A stretch of DNA of 64,000 nucleotides from a virus (Duplodnaviria > Caudoviricetes): the IMG/VR virus record IMGVR_UViG_3300011008_000041, positions 1 to 64,000 of that record; one strand, given 5' to 3'. Within the stretch, counting starts at the first letter, position 1. Every line of letters begins with the position of its first letter. The translations under genes were made by a program, and so were the position numbers. Under the pieces are notes generated by a model. The model searched no databases. It was given only the letters and a program-made list of their open reading frames with translations, and was not told where the DNA came from. This document shows, piece after piece, positions 36,501-45,879 of the stretch.

Positions 36501-36987
36501 TCTCCGCACGGGTAGTCAGCGCCGCGATATCCGCGACCGCGTCCTCTGCCTGCTGACCAGCGGCAATGATTTCGGCGGAATTATCCAGCACGTTCACGAG
36601 CTCGCGGATGACGGACTCCGACGCGAGGGTATCCTTATCCAGCGCGGCGCGTTCGATATGCAGGACGAAATTGGCGGTGTTCAGCTCCTTCCCGTTGTTG
36701 AACAGGGTGAGTTCAAAAACGCCGTGCCCCGCAGCCGCCGTCATCTGCTGATCACCGGTAACGGTGACTATGGCGTTGGCCACATCCACCGTGGCATTGA
36801 CGGAATACCCGTTGCCATCCGGCTTTGTGCCTCGGATTTGAGCCGTGGTTCCACTCTGGATTGTGAAATTCCCCTGACGGGAAACCAAATGAATACGGAG
36901 GCTGAAATCACTGTCGTACTGATTCAGCCTCCGCTCCACTTTCGCCCCGCCCGGAACCATGTCCAGGTCAAATGCGTGAATGATCAT
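30562..36987 (-). CDS. 2141-aa tail fibre/receptor-binding protein, DGR target
   Basis: BppU-like N-terminus, CotH-kinase-like middle, LRR-like segment, InlB-B-like repeats, C-terminal C-type-lectin-like domain carrying VR. Confidence 0.9.
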   Translation of the reverse strand: MIIHAFDLDMVPGGAKVERRLNQYDSDFSLRIHLVSRQGNFTIQSGTTAQIRGTKPDGNGYSVNATVDVANAIVTVTGDQQMTAAAGHGVFELTLFNNGKELNTANFVLHIERAALDKDTLASESVIRELVNVLDNSAEIIAAGQQAEDAVADIAALTTRAETAASNAEGSADDAVAAKNAAIVYIERKETSLDQKIDDAIEQIDEKAQAIANITTDANTKAAQALSAANNAENEVAELNNAVAALRRSDAAMQLVIEGKVDDAYVDNGYLYLTSNGEVVAGPLGPFSGSGGGGGGSSGNTASLSVTNNTGWLSKTIAEDGTAPITVVWSSEEDGMPTGDGTAKITVNGAVKAMLNIQQGTVNIDLAAYCSSGANVIKVTISDVYDNSRTINFSVTVVAVSISSTFDASTPYQGAISFPYTPVGEVQKTVRFLLDGREIGTASTSVSGRQMTYTIPQQSHGAHTLECYFDCVINGESVESNHLYYEIICLEALNNTPIIVSSFNKSTAIQYSTLNIGYTVYDPTSLTAVATISVNGSQVSQQTVDRTEQVFAYRADTAGSLTVVIASGTARKTITVTITESDINVEAETQNLVLHLSSVGRSNNEANPGTWTDGDNNIAATMTGFNFSSDGWLLDEDGVTVLRVAGDARVTIPYQIFGSDFRGTGKTIEVEFATRDVMNYDAVILSCLSGGRGLSMTAQKATLTSEQSEISMQYKENEHVRLAFVAEKRSENRLLYIYVNGIMSGVVQYPASDDFAQTTPVGISIGSNDCTIDVYRIRIYDNDLTRYQVLENWIADSQNVDDMIARYNRNSIYDAYGNVVIAQLPSDLPYMIIECDELPQYKGDKRTVAVTYVDPVTPSKSFTATNVQADVQGTSSQYYARKNYKLKFKGGFLLNSGTLASAYSLRPGAIATNAFCMKADVASSEGANNVELAILYNDACPYKTPPQEQNSAVRQGIDGFPCVIFWSNGETTTFLGKYNFNNDKGTEEVFGFISGDESWEIKNNTSDRVLWKSDDYTGDGWLNDFEARYPDTDPAYTDATKLSALATWLKSTDQSAATGNALPSAVTYGTGDDAVTYTNDTAAYRLAKFKAEAADHMEMDSTIFYYLFTELFLMVDSRAKNAFPSQLSGDKWCWLPYDFDTALGINNEGALVFSYNLEDIDTITGGADVFNGQQSVLWINMRQAFYDEIKAMYQTLRSSGALSYARVETAFEEHQEKWGEAVFNEDAWFKYLAPLVEDGSGAYLAMLQGSKAEQRKWWLYNRFRYIDSKYNAGDAQSDVIQLRGYAKSNITVTPYADVYASVKYGSYLVQTRATRNQAYTLICPLDNVNDTEIYIYSASQLAAVGDLSGLKVGFADFSMATKLQSIKLGDSSGSYSNGNLKELYLGNNTLLRTLDVRNCAGLGTGDMKSVDISGCANIENVYFDGTVITGIDLPNGGILKVLHLPSTITNLTIRNQTAIADFTIPSYSNISTLWLENVSSAVNSKAILNAIPAASRVRLIGLAWEAAGATEINALLDKLDVMRGLDEYGNNMDTAQVSGTIHTSSLTGAELAAINTRLEAYPYLSVTADHTTSYLTYKTYDGSSTLKTVTCIDGVPQESAPTAPTRSSTAQYSYSFVGWNTQQDQQTAESGCTTNVLEDRTVYAAYSWTVRTYTITWKNSDGTTLETDTNVPYGATPTYNGSTPQNPVSGGGSFQGWTPTVTTVTGNATYTASYIVTYTVYFYNGTTLLQTVTGVTSGGTANYTGETPVDPNGGTFIGWNPSNTNITANTSCYAQFKAASNVEVPTATSADGAYGVEWNYANSSPALTRLGLAASFSDPSPATSLAGSGSSPFDNILPWSGMKRYNVIDGAISYSEDDAGFSETDYDTVVYIPEFYYTAYKDTANSKWMWAISPTAKTGFVKHPGSGRYIGRFHTSGDSSAVYSKSGAALLVNTTRTNFRTYSHNKGTNWYMLDIASWSALQMLYLVEFANFHSQNTLGTGWNTGSISNCGGTTGAAYHTLKLNGAHNQYRWVEDPFSNVRDWVDGFMASSRAVYTSLDNASFADNKSALVETGITLPSSQYITGFGYSEECPYAFIPDAASGGSASTYVPDYVNSKTGDQALNVGGVYLSDDNFGFFFFSAYYAASYTSAFLGSRLLYIP
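30574..30710 (-). repeat. DGR variable repeat (VR) at the 3' end of the tail fibre gene
   Basis: VNSKTGDQALNVGGVYLSDDNFGFFFFSAYYAASYTSAFLGSRLL vs TR VNSNTGDQALNVGGNYNSNDNYGFFYFNANNAASNTNANLGSRHL. Confidence 0.95.
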
Positions 36988-37005
36988 GTCGTATCACTCC
37001 AATCC

Positions 37006-37359
37006 TTATGTAGTCTCACGAGCCGCCCGCTCGAAGTTGATGAAGAAGTTGGCGGTATTGAGTTCCTTGCCGCTATGGGTAAGCGTCAGCTCGAAAACGC
37101 CCTGCCCGGCCGCAGACGTCATATCCGCGTCTCCGACTACGGTCACGGTCGTACCATTGAGCGTCGCGGCCTTTGTGTACGCCGTCCCGTCCGGCTTGGT
37201 GCCGTTGATTGCGACAGTGGTGCCGCTCTCGATCGTCAGCTCTCCCGTTCTGGCAAAGAGATTGAAGACAAGAGTGTAATTCTCGTCGTTCTGGCTCAGC
37301 CAAAGAGTTTTCGGCTGCTTATCGGGGACAACATCGAGATCCAGTGTGTGCGTAATCAT
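37006..37359 (-). CDS. BppU-like baseplate protein (paralogue of the tail fibre N-terminus)
   Basis: Shares GTKPDG..MT.AAG.GVFELTL...KELNTANF...ERAA with residues 1-115 of the next gene. Confidence 0.8.
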   Translation of the reverse strand: MITHTLDLDVVPDKQPKTLWLSQNDENYTLVFNLFARTGELTIESGTTVAINGTKPDGTAYTKAATLNGTTVTVVGDADMTSAAGQGVFELTLTHSGKELNTANFFINFERAARETT

Positions 37360-37673
37360 GTCTCATCCTCCGTTTTCTCTCCCTCGGCGGGAGGCGTTTT
37401 CTTGAGTTTTTCCTGCCATCTTTCAAAGTCTCTCTGATACTCCACAGCTGCCGCCGCACGGAGCTGACGGAGAACATCGTCGATCACAGGAATGATGCAG
37501 AAGTTCGGGAGCCCACACCTGTTGATGAGATCAACGAGCTTCTGGCTGAACTCTTCATATAGAACAGACGCTGGTTTGGGGATTGGCTTCGAGGTGGCAT
37601 GAAGTGCACAGGCATTCATTTCGTCGCGAAGTTCCTCAACACTTCCGGTTCGTTCGATCTTATCAGCTTTCAT
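37356..37673 (-). CDS. hypothetical tail-region protein
   Basis: Coupled ORF. Confidence 0.6.
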   Translation of the reverse strand: MKADKIERTGSVEELRDEMNACALHATSKPIPKPASVLYEEFSQKLVDLINRCGLPNFCIIPVIDDVLRQLRAAAAVEYQRDFERWQEKLKKTPPAEGEKTEDET

Positions 37674-37881
37674 CTTGACTTTCCCCTCCCGGCTTGAAAT
37701 ATTGGCTCATTGGCTCTGCGTTGGATACCTCTGCTTGTACATCCAGCACCTCAGTTTCCACCTCGTCTTCGATCTTGTAGACGGAATAGCCCTGCAAGGT
37801 ATATTTAGGGATATGATGAGCCTGGATATACCGCGAAATACCGTTCTTTTCTGCTCTGTAAGAAACCATCTCTCCCTCCAT
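37663..37881 (-). CDS. hypothetical tail-region protein
   Basis: Coupled ORF with RBS. Confidence 0.6.
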   Translation of the reverse strand: MEGEMVSYRAEKNGISRYIQAHHIPKYTLQGYSVYKIEDEVETEVLDVQAEVSNAEPMSQYFKPGGESQDES

Positions 37882-37884
37882 TCC

Positions 37885-40512
37885 TTAACTTATGTCACTT
37901 ATCATAAGGCCGTTTTTGAAATATATTGTCCAGTTAGTCCATGACATTGATCCGTCACTATTCGATCTCAAATCTGTGCAGAATGTTAAATGACCCGAAC
38001 CGCCCTCATCTCCAGTAAAACTTCCGCCATCCTGATATGATCCGGTGAGCAAATGCGGAGTCATAAGACAGAGACAACCTTTTCCAGCTACGCGAGTACC
38101 GTATACGCCTTGATACGTACCGCCGCCGTTCCAATAGTTATTGAAATCAATATAGCCGGTCTTAGTCCCGTATCCTCCACTGAACTGTGCATCTGCTATC
38201 TCGCCATATAGCGACCCTGACGAATTCTTGATTGTCGCGCTTCTTGCGACAAGATTGCCGCTTGCATCAACCGAAAACGGGTAAACCCCGTTTGTCGGAG
38301 TCCCATTTCGAATGGCGATAGACGTCATAGTTCCGGTTCCGATGTACGTTGCATTGATGTACAATTTCCCATCATTGAGGTAAATACCTTGTGTCTGACC
38401 GTTGTTGGTCAGGCGGTTAAATACCTTTTGTTGTGTGAGCGTGTCATCGTAACTATCAACTGCATCATCTATCGCAGAGGCGTAGTCTGTTTGTTTCGAC
38501 CATGCCGAGCCGGTCCATTTATAGGTGCATCCAGTATAGCTGTCAACCAAGTAGTCACCGGTCTCGGCTGCGGTGAACCTTGTCCACGTCGGCGTAGAAA
38601 CATCAGTGCAGATGTATGTATAGCCGCTGTAATAACGAAAATCACCAACAGCAAGCGCTTTTGTCGTACTGTTCGGAGTGTAGTTGCTGGCTGATCCCGT
38701 TCGATATGTACCGTAAAAAATCGTAGATTTTCCGTCCGCGAGATCAAACAGGTTATCAGACGTGGAGGAGTATGCCGACCACACGGGTGAGCCAGAATTG
38801 TAATTGTACTGATATACACCTTGCGGCTTTATCGTGACACCACCCACAGTAATACTTGACGTTCCGGTATAGAGCCAGAGATCTCCGTCGTGCTTCTGCC
38901 GTATTGCGTTGGTCGTCCACGCGGAAGCCGGATTTGTGCTTTGCGCCCAGGTCTCGACCTTTGCATCGATCTGCGTTTCCAGCGTTGTTTGAAGGGCGCT
39001 TGTTGCATCAGAAATGAGTGAGGGGATGGTGTCAGTCGTTCCGGAAGCCCCAATTTTGGTATTTGACGCAAGCCGGAACTCGCCGGTCTCCATATCCCAA
39101 TAGTTCGTGCCAAGAACATCCTGCAGAACGCCGGCGCGAACCAGGTTGGCGTCCAGAACACCCGTTCCGATGAAGTTCGCAGAAAAAACACCGTCAATGG
39201 TCCAGCCTGTGTTATAGGTCACGCCGCCATTCGTTGAAAACGCGATGCCGTTCTTATTGAACCGCATGATGTTGGTGGCAGTATCCTCGCTTTGGGTGTC
39301 CATAATGAGCATTTCTTCCGGGAGTCCGTCCGCATTGTAGTTGAACACAATGTAGCCGCCCTTGCCGCCTGTGATCTTCTCAGTCACATAGTTGATATAG
39401 GCCTCCAACATACTTTTGGAGTCTTTGATCTTCTGATTGGTGATTTCACTCTGAGCGACAATAGTTTTCGCAAGAGTTGACCTCGTGTTTCCGATGTCAA
39501 TCGAGCGATACCTTTCACGGAGAACATCAAACACGGTTTTCACAACTTTCGCCTGTGCTGAAATACCAAGTTTCTCGAACACCACCGTTACAGTATCGCA
39601 AAGGTTTACTCTCTCAAGATTTGCCGTGTTCGCATACTCCGCTGACTGCCAAAGCGAAATAAATGCCATGTTGATGGTCACATCCGGAACACCTATGTTG
39701 TTTGTGCTGATATAGTTGTTCCCCGCTTCACGCAGTTGAGTATCAGTAGGCTCTTCCTCGAAGTCGTCAGAGAAATCTACAGGCACCGTTCTCTTATAAG
39801 GGAAATTGCCGGCCCGACTGCTCCATAGGACTTTCTCGGGCAATGTCTTACAATCACCTGTTCCGCGGTCTACCCAATATGGGCATATACCTGTGATCGT
39901 ATTTGCTATATTCTCTTCTTGTTTGAGATCGGTGATATTCTTTCCGTACCGCAGGACAACGCCCCGATCCACGCCGCGGTTGACATGGGCCTTGACAACA
40001 TATTTATCGAATTCGTACTCTGCCGTTCCGAAAGCATCAAGCAACGACCCTTCCTGCCCGCCAAGTAGCGAGCGAAAAGAGGTAGGAACCGAAACCTCAA
40101 ATTCTCCGGTGGTTGTTTTATCGGTCCAGACTGTGAACGGACAGGTTTCGGCGGCGTTATTCACAAGGCCGGAAAGGGCTGCTGTAAAACTACGCGCCGA
40201 AAACGGCATAACCGGGATGTGTGAGAGCTGATAACTGATATGCCGGGCATAGATCATGCAACGTCCATTCAACGGTTTGCTGATTCGATATATCCGAAAC
40301 GGCTGAGGATCCTTCCCGTCTGCCGGCTTCGCATAGATGATACGTGAATGAGAAATATCGCCCCAATGGATACCGTCAACGGGATATTCAAGTTCCAATT
40401 CATATTGGCCGTTTCGTTCCTCGGTGACGATACAATCAAGAGCCCCGGACAACCGTCCGAGGCCCTGCGTCGTAAAAGATGTTTCATTTTCAGGGTAAAG
40501 AATCGGGATCAT
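37885..40512 (-). CDS. tail-associated hub/endopeptidase-like protein (Tal)
   Basis: IVTEERNGQYELELEYP..QPFRIYRI..LRYGKNITDL..VNLCDTVTV; follows Dit. Confidence 0.85.
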   Translation of the reverse strand: MIPILYPENETSFTTQGLGRLSGALDCIVTEERNGQYELELEYPVDGIHWGDISHSRIIYAKPADGKDPQPFRIYRISKPLNGRCMIYARHISYQLSHIPVMPFSARSFTAALSGLVNNAAETCPFTVWTDKTTTGEFEVSVPTSFRSLLGGQEGSLLDAFGTAEYEFDKYVVKAHVNRGVDRGVVLRYGKNITDLKQEENIANTITGICPYWVDRGTGDCKTLPEKVLWSSRAGNFPYKRTVPVDFSDDFEEEPTDTQLREAGNNYISTNNIGVPDVTINMAFISLWQSAEYANTANLERVNLCDTVTVVFEKLGISAQAKVVKTVFDVLRERYRSIDIGNTRSTLAKTIVAQSEITNQKIKDSKSMLEAYINYVTEKITGGKGGYIVFNYNADGLPEEMLIMDTQSEDTATNIMRFNKNGIAFSTNGGVTYNTGWTIDGVFSANFIGTGVLDANLVRAGVLQDVLGTNYWDMETGEFRLASNTKIGASGTTDTIPSLISDATSALQTTLETQIDAKVETWAQSTNPASAWTTNAIRQKHDGDLWLYTGTSSITVGGVTIKPQGVYQYNYNSGSPVWSAYSSTSDNLFDLADGKSTIFYGTYRTGSASNYTPNSTTKALAVGDFRYYSGYTYICTDVSTPTWTRFTAAETGDYLVDSYTGCTYKWTGSAWSKQTDYASAIDDAVDSYDDTLTQQKVFNRLTNNGQTQGIYLNDGKLYINATYIGTGTMTSIAIRNGTPTNGVYPFSVDASGNLVARSATIKNSSGSLYGEIADAQFSGGYGTKTGYIDFNNYWNGGGTYQGVYGTRVAGKGCLCLMTPHLLTGSYQDGGSFTGDEGGSGHLTFCTDLRSNSDGSMSWTNWTIYFKNGLMISDIS

Positions 40513-41222
40513 AGTGTCCACCACCTTGGAGTGATTATCACCCTTGTAACCGAGCCACCCAGCGTTATGTTGTTGATGCCGGCTTTCAACGTCGGATATT
40601 CGCTCCCGGAGAGGGTAATATAGCTGTTTGCGTTCGTGCTCCCGTAGTACGCATCTTGAATATCACAGTCCAGATCGATGTAACTCAGACTGGAATGCTG
40701 GGCGATTGTTATGGTGTCGCTCCCGATTTTAAGCGTTCCATACCCGTAGACGCGGAGAAGCGGCTTCGCTGGGTAAAGCGTCGGATTTGTGATATTTCCA
40801 CTTGCTGTCAGCGTGGTGGTGGTATTGCCGGCAGTCAGAAACCTTTGAGGCTTGCAGTTGAATTCCACTTTGAATTTACCTGCTCGCTGTGCGACAAGCA
40901 TTTCAGGATCCAGCCCGTTAATCGGCATGCCGAGCCTGTATTCACCGGGATGGTAAGAGTCTTCTATTCGGCAATATCCGGTATGACTCAACAGCCATGC
41001 CCGGAATTCATCCATTTGATCGTCGTCATTCACAAGGCCACATTCATATGAGACAACAACATTCTCATACCGCCCTTCGTCAAAAAGCACGTCGCCATTC
41101 TTTCCTGGGACAGATATGGATTCATAAACACGGGCAGGGGCGTTGTATGCCCCCGCCTTCGATATAAGGACGCCGTATGCCGTCGATCTTACATAGTCCA
41201 GAGCAAAGTAATTCACGCCCAT
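40509..41222 (-). CDS. distal tail protein (Dit)
   Basis: Position after TMP; VEFNCKPQRF..NPTLYPAKPLLRV..ITPRWWTL. Confidence 0.85.
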   Translation of the reverse strand: MGVNYFALDYVRSTAYGVLISKAGAYNAPARVYESISVPGKNGDVLFDEGRYENVVVSYECGLVNDDDQMDEFRAWLLSHTGYCRIEDSYHPGEYRLGMPINGLDPEMLVAQRAGKFKVEFNCKPQRFLTAGNTTTTLTASGNITNPTLYPAKPLLRVYGYGTLKIGSDTITIAQHSSLSYIDLDCDIQDAYYGSTNANSYITLSGSEYPTLKAGINNITLGGSVTRVIITPRWWTL

Positions 41223-44200
41223 GCCGCATCCTCCTTCCCGACGTTATCATTGATTAAAGCAGCAAGCTCTTGAGCAAGTACACGTTCATCCTGACCCTCT
41301 CTGGGGTATACATTGATGATCGTGTCGCCTCTGGTGATTGTTGTAGTGCTGGAGGCGTTTTCTTTTTCGCTCGGAGATTTAACGTATGTAGCCGTCAGGT
41401 CTCGGTCGTTTATGGATGTCATCTTGTCGGAAATATCATTCTTCACATCTACATCCATAGCCGACTCGACCACTGACTGCATCTTATCCTCCAACGCCTT
41501 GCGCCGGTTCTCAATGCCGACGATCATGCCCTCGCCGACGTACTCAAAGATTTCCGTGGTCTTCTTCGATGGCGAGGCCACCGCCGCCGCAGCTCGCGCC
41601 CGTGCAATCGCGCTATTTACGACATAGCTGATTGCGTAATACAGAGAGCCGGAGGCCCCGTATATGCCGTTGGTCATGCCATAGACGATTTGTGCGCCTA
41701 TGTCGTACATGTAACTCGGCAAGGAACTTACGCCGCTCTCGATGGCACTTCGCAAAGAGTTTATCTGTTGTGCGGTCTTATCTACGATCTGACTAAATTC
41801 AGAATCGAACGATTCAACAGCCCTTTTAGCGCCGTCCTCCATTTCTTGGTTGACATCGTCGGCCATATCCGTCACAGAGGAAACCACCGTGTCGGCGTCA
41901 CCGTCGATACCCTCGACCAATCCTTCATCCAGGTTCCGGCCGATTTCTTCAAAGACCTTCGAAGGGGATTGCGTTTGGAAAGTAGACTTTGTACCGTCCG
42001 TGACTTCCTCTGCCATACTCTCGGCAGAACCGCGAGCGGTGTCAGTGCTACCTTCGATGCCCGTTGACAACCCAAGACCAAGGTTGTTGCCGATGGTTTC
42101 ACCATCAAGACCGACGTTCGCAAACGCATCGTTGAAAGCCTGCGTGAAACCGTCAAAATTCACCGCCGCCGCTTCTGTTTCAAGGGCTGTGATGGTGTCG
42201 GTGAAATCAGTCTGTATTGCAGCTGCTGTCTCAGCAAAGGATTCTTTCGCCTGCTCTGTTTCCGCAAAGGAGGCATTGAAATCCTCGACAAACGCCGCTG
42301 CATCCGTGCTCATTCCCTCGGTGCTTCCACCAAGTTCTTCGATTTTGCCGATAATAACGGCAAGATATGCCGCTGACTCCGCAGAACCATCGGAGAGCGA
42401 CGCCACAAGGCCGTCATCCAAGCCATACTGTCCGGCCAGTTTCAGATTCTCGGTGTATTCGGAAAGTGCCGCCGTCTGATCAGCCCAGCGCTGCATCATT
42501 TCCTCGACAGTATCAACGTCCTCGCTGATTTCTGCCGCAAATTCACCGAACAAACCAACCTGTCCGCTGATGCTGGAATACGCAGAATCGTATGCATCCT
42601 TGTACGCCTGGGCTAGTTCGTCGAGATCGTCCCGAATTTGCTGCACTGCAGCAGCATTGGTCGTTGTTGCTTCGGTGTGTTCATCAGTGGCTGCGGCCCC
42701 AGCTTCCTGGGCGGAGGTAAGGTTGTCGATAGCCTCCTCCATAAGAGCTATCTCTTCCTCTGCTGCGGAAACGGCATCTGTATCGTCTTCGATTGCCTCC
42801 TGGTAATTCTCTACGGTATCTTCCGCTGTAATTACCTGGTCATTCAGCGATCCAAGAGAATTATAAAGATCCCAGTATTCTTGTGTAAGCCAGTCCGTGG
42901 CCCCTGTTAATTGCCCCGTTTCTTCATACCACTCGTCGGCTTTAACTTGTGCCTCGCCCATGATTTCGTCCATGCGCGCAATAGCATCATTCTGAGCCTG
43001 TTGAGCAGTCGCAAGGTCATCCTGGGCCTGAGTGAGTTTAATGCTGTTTTTTTCTGCTTCTATAAGGACGTCGGCGTGTTTTTCGATAAGTTCATTAAGG
43101 CGCTCTTGATAAGCCTGCTGTTCGGCATTTTTCTTCCACGCTTCGGTATTCGCACGCAAAGCCTCCGTACCGCCGTCAATACTGTCGGTTTCCAGATCGA
43201 TGTAACTAGACAGCTCCGGGATGAGATTGCACAGCATCACAAGCGTGTTGTGATACTCTTTCTGCTGCTCTTCCGTTTTCAGCCCCGTCGCTTCAAGTTC
43301 CTCGAGTTTTGTAATATATCTATCTGCAACATCCGCAACCGCTTGGGTATCCTCTAGGCTTTGGGATAAAGCCTCTCCCGAATCTTCGAGAGAGCCCTGC
43401 ATCTCCTGAGCCGCTTCCGTGAGATCCTTTACAGAAGGCACAGCTCCGTCAGTGGTGGCAACAAGAACAGCTATCCCCGCAGATAAGGCGGCAATCGCGC
43501 TCACAGCAAGAAAAATCGGGTTTGTTTTGAGAATCGCTGTAAACAATCCGGCCGCAGCTGCCGCCAACTTTGTCACAGCTGTATAACCAACAATAGCCGC
43601 CGCCAGGACACCAATGGCAGTTGCAGCAGCCGTTATCGTTGGCACAAATGCATCACTTTTGGATATCGCATCTGCCATCCACGAAAGGCCATCTGTGGCC
43701 GCAGATGCAAGGTTCTTCAGAGTCGGCGTCAGCTTTTCACCGATCGCGATCTTTACCGCGTCGAACGCCGACTGCATAAGGGTGACCTGGCCCGTCAGGT
43801 TATCCATGCGGGTATCGGCCATCGTTTTGGCCGCTCCCGTACAATCCTCAATGGCAGAGGTCAGACTTGCATAGTCGGCTTCGGTAGTATTCAGAATGGC
43901 GAGCAGTCCTGCATAGGCACGAGTGCCAACGAGGGCCTGCGCATTATTAACCTTCTCCGCTTCGGTCATCTGCCCGAAGTACAACTTGAGCTCGTCAAGC
44001 GTTTCGGAGAAGTCTTTCATGGTGCCATCGGAATTCTGTGCCGTCAGCGTGACCTCTCCAAAAGCAGCCGCCGAAAGTTTTACATCGCCAGTCAGCGCAG
44101 AGAACATATTTCGGAGCGATGTACCTGCCATGCTGCCTTTAATGCCGTTGTTCGCCATGAGGCCCATTGCAACAGCAACATCCTCGACGGAATAGCCCAG

Positions 44201-45298
44201 AGCACCGGCGACCGGTGCGGCGTACTTGAACGCCTCCCCAAGCATGGAAACGGTGGTGTTGGAATTGGTCGCAGCGGCCGCGAGAACATCAACGAAATGG
44301 CCGGAGTCAGATGCGGAAAGGCCAAACGCGGTAAGCGCGTCGGTCACAATATCAGAGACGCGAGCAAGATCCTCACCGGAGGCTGCGGCAAGCGAAATGA
44401 CGCCATCTACACCGGCCAGCATTTCCTCTGCTGACCAACCGGCAAGGGCCATATACGAAAGGGCCTCGCCAGCTTGCTGTGCGGTGTACATGGTGCCGGC
44501 GCCAATTTCCTTTGCCTTGGCATTCAGTTTCTCCATGTCCTCGGAGGACGCGCTGGAAATTGCCGCGACGGAGCTCATGGTATACTCGAAGTCAGCCGCC
44601 GAATTAACGCAGGCCTCAAACGCCTCGGCGGTTTTCTCCAATGCAGCAATAACGCCGGCCGAGACAAGAGCTTCTTTCAACTCACTTGCCTGGTCGGCGG
44701 TTTCCTGTATTCTGTCCCCAAAACGATCGATGGATGTCGCACAGCCGTCTGCACTGTTTTTCGCTTCGCCCAAATACTCATTGTTGAGCTGGATTTCAGC
44801 GTCCAGATCATTCAGTTTGATTTCTGCATTATTGAGCTGAGTCTGCCAGGAGTTGACGCCCTTCTCCGCGGCAGTGAGATTGGCATCGCACTTATCGAGC
44901 TGCTCGTTCAGAGCCTTGTTCTCTTCGGTGAGAGCCTTTTCCTCTTTCGAGGTATCGCCGGTCGTGTTTTTGAGGGCTTCGAGCTTTTTGTTGTTCTCCT
45001 CGATCTTTGCAATCAGCGCGGCTTTCTGCTGTGCATATTCCTCCTCGGCCTTCTTCGCATTATCGAGGGCAGATTTCAGGGCCTCAACCTTCTGCTGTTG
45101 TGCCTTGTATAGATTGGACAATGCCTCCCCTTTGGCGGTGAGGGCCTGCATAGAGTTGGCATTTGTCTGGTACTGGCTTTCCGTCAGCTTGAGAGAAGAC
45201 TGCAGAGTCTTGATCTCTGTGTTGATCTTCGATAGTGCTGCTCTGTATTCGGACTCGCCGTCAATGGCAAGTTTTGTCGATATAGTCCTCGTCGCCAA
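41213..45298 (-). CDS. tape measure protein (TP901 family)
   Basis: TTG start with ggagg RBS; FEYTMSSVAAIS..TMYTAQQAGEAL core; Ala-rich helical repeats. Confidence 0.95.
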   Translation of the reverse strand: MATRTISTKLAIDGESEYRAALSKINTEIKTLQSSLKLTESQYQTNANSMQALTAKGEALSNLYKAQQQKVEALKSALDNAKKAEEEYAQQKAALIAKIEENNKKLEALKNTTGDTSKEEKALTEENKALNEQLDKCDANLTAAEKGVNSWQTQLNNAEIKLNDLDAEIQLNNEYLGEAKNSADGCATSIDRFGDRIQETADQASELKEALVSAGVIAALEKTAEAFEACVNSAADFEYTMSSVAAISSASSEDMEKLNAKAKEIGAGTMYTAQQAGEALSYMALAGWSAEEMLAGVDGVISLAAASGEDLARVSDIVTDALTAFGLSASDSGHFVDVLAAAATNSNTTVSMLGEAFKYAAPVAGALGYSVEDVAVAMGLMANNGIKGSMAGTSLRNMFSALTGDVKLSAAAFGEVTLTAQNSDGTMKDFSETLDELKLYFGQMTEAEKVNNAQALVGTRAYAGLLAILNTTEADYASLTSAIEDCTGAAKTMADTRMDNLTGQVTLMQSAFDAVKIAIGEKLTPTLKNLASAATDGLSWMADAISKSDAFVPTITAAATAIGVLAAAIVGYTAVTKLAAAAAGLFTAILKTNPIFLAVSAIAALSAGIAVLVATTDGAVPSVKDLTEAAQEMQGSLEDSGEALSQSLEDTQAVADVADRYITKLEELEATGLKTEEQQKEYHNTLVMLCNLIPELSSYIDLETDSIDGGTEALRANTEAWKKNAEQQAYQERLNELIEKHADVLIEAEKNSIKLTQAQDDLATAQQAQNDAIARMDEIMGEAQVKADEWYEETGQLTGATDWLTQEYWDLYNSLGSLNDQVITAEDTVENYQEAIEDDTDAVSAAEEEIALMEEAIDNLTSAQEAGAAATDEHTEATTTNAAAVQQIRDDLDELAQAYKDAYDSAYSSISGQVGLFGEFAAEISEDVDTVEEMMQRWADQTAALSEYTENLKLAGQYGLDDGLVASLSDGSAESAAYLAVIIGKIEELGGSTEGMSTDAAAFVEDFNASFAETEQAKESFAETAAAIQTDFTDTITALETEAAAVNFDGFTQAFNDAFANVGLDGETIGNNLGLGLSTGIEGSTDTARGSAESMAEEVTDGTKSTFQTQSPSKVFEEIGRNLDEGLVEGIDGDADTVVSSVTDMADDVNQEMEDGAKRAVESFDSEFSQIVDKTAQQINSLRSAIESGVSSLPSYMYDIGAQIVYGMTNGIYGASGSLYYAISYVVNSAIARARAAAAVASPSKKTTEIFEYVGEGMIVGIENRRKALEDKMQSVVESAMDVDVKNDISDKMTSINDRDLTATYVKSPSEKENASSTTTITRGDTIINVYPREGQDERVLAQELAALINDNVGKEDAAWA

Positions 45299-45340
45299 CG
45301 TCCGCACCTCCAATATGGCAAGAACATCGGCACTCAGGCA

Positions 45341-45502
45341 CTACTTGTCGCTCGTTTTCTTGATCACTATTTCAAAGACCTTCCCGCATTGTCGGCCTTT
45401 ACACTTGATGTATAGACCGTGGCTCACTGCGGTTACGGGGTCATACCAAACCGGCATTTCATAACCACAGAAAGGACAGGTCACTTTCCGCTTGTTGGTC
45501 AT
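45341..45502 (-). CDS. 53-aa Cys4 zinc-ribbon protein (not in ORF track)
   Basis: MTNKRKVTCPFCGYEMPVWYDPVTAVSHGLYIKCKGRQCGKVFEIVIKKTSDK. Confidence 0.7.
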   Translation of the reverse strand: MTNKRKVTCPFCGYEMPVWYDPVTAVSHGLYIKCKGRQCGKVFEIVIKKTSDK

Positions 45503-45870
45503 TTTTTCTTTTTCCCATTCTGGGTAAGTTTTGCGGATACCTCGCGGCGATGCGCGGCTGTGTGTTCCTGGAATACACTCGCGAGAAACACGCAGATATC
45601 CGCCATGTCATCCGTGCGCACTTCACGCCCTTCAAAAATTGCGGCCGTCGCCCCCTCGCCGAGAAGGTGGTCGATGATCTCGGTATAAACGCCGATAATA
45701 TCAGCCTCCGTCTTCTCACCCTCCATGAGCTTCTCAGAAAGCTCAGTCAGAACGTTTCCCTGCTGGCCGATGTATTCGCCGGTCTTGGTAGTACAGTCAA
45801 TCGCATAGGTCTTACCGGCGATTTCCACTTCAACTTCATGATTTGCGAACTCAAACTTGCGAATGCTCAT
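45499..45870 (-). CDS. tail assembly chaperone-like/hypothetical protein
   Basis: RBS ggagg; position before TMP. Confidence 0.7.
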   Translation of the reverse strand: MSIRKFEFANHEVEVEIAGKTYAIDCTTKTGEYIGQQGNVLTELSEKLMEGEKTEADIIGVYTEIIDHLLGEGATAAIFEGREVRTDDMADICVFLASVFQEHTAAHRREVSAKLTQNGKKKK

Positions 45871-45879
45871 AGTAGCCTC

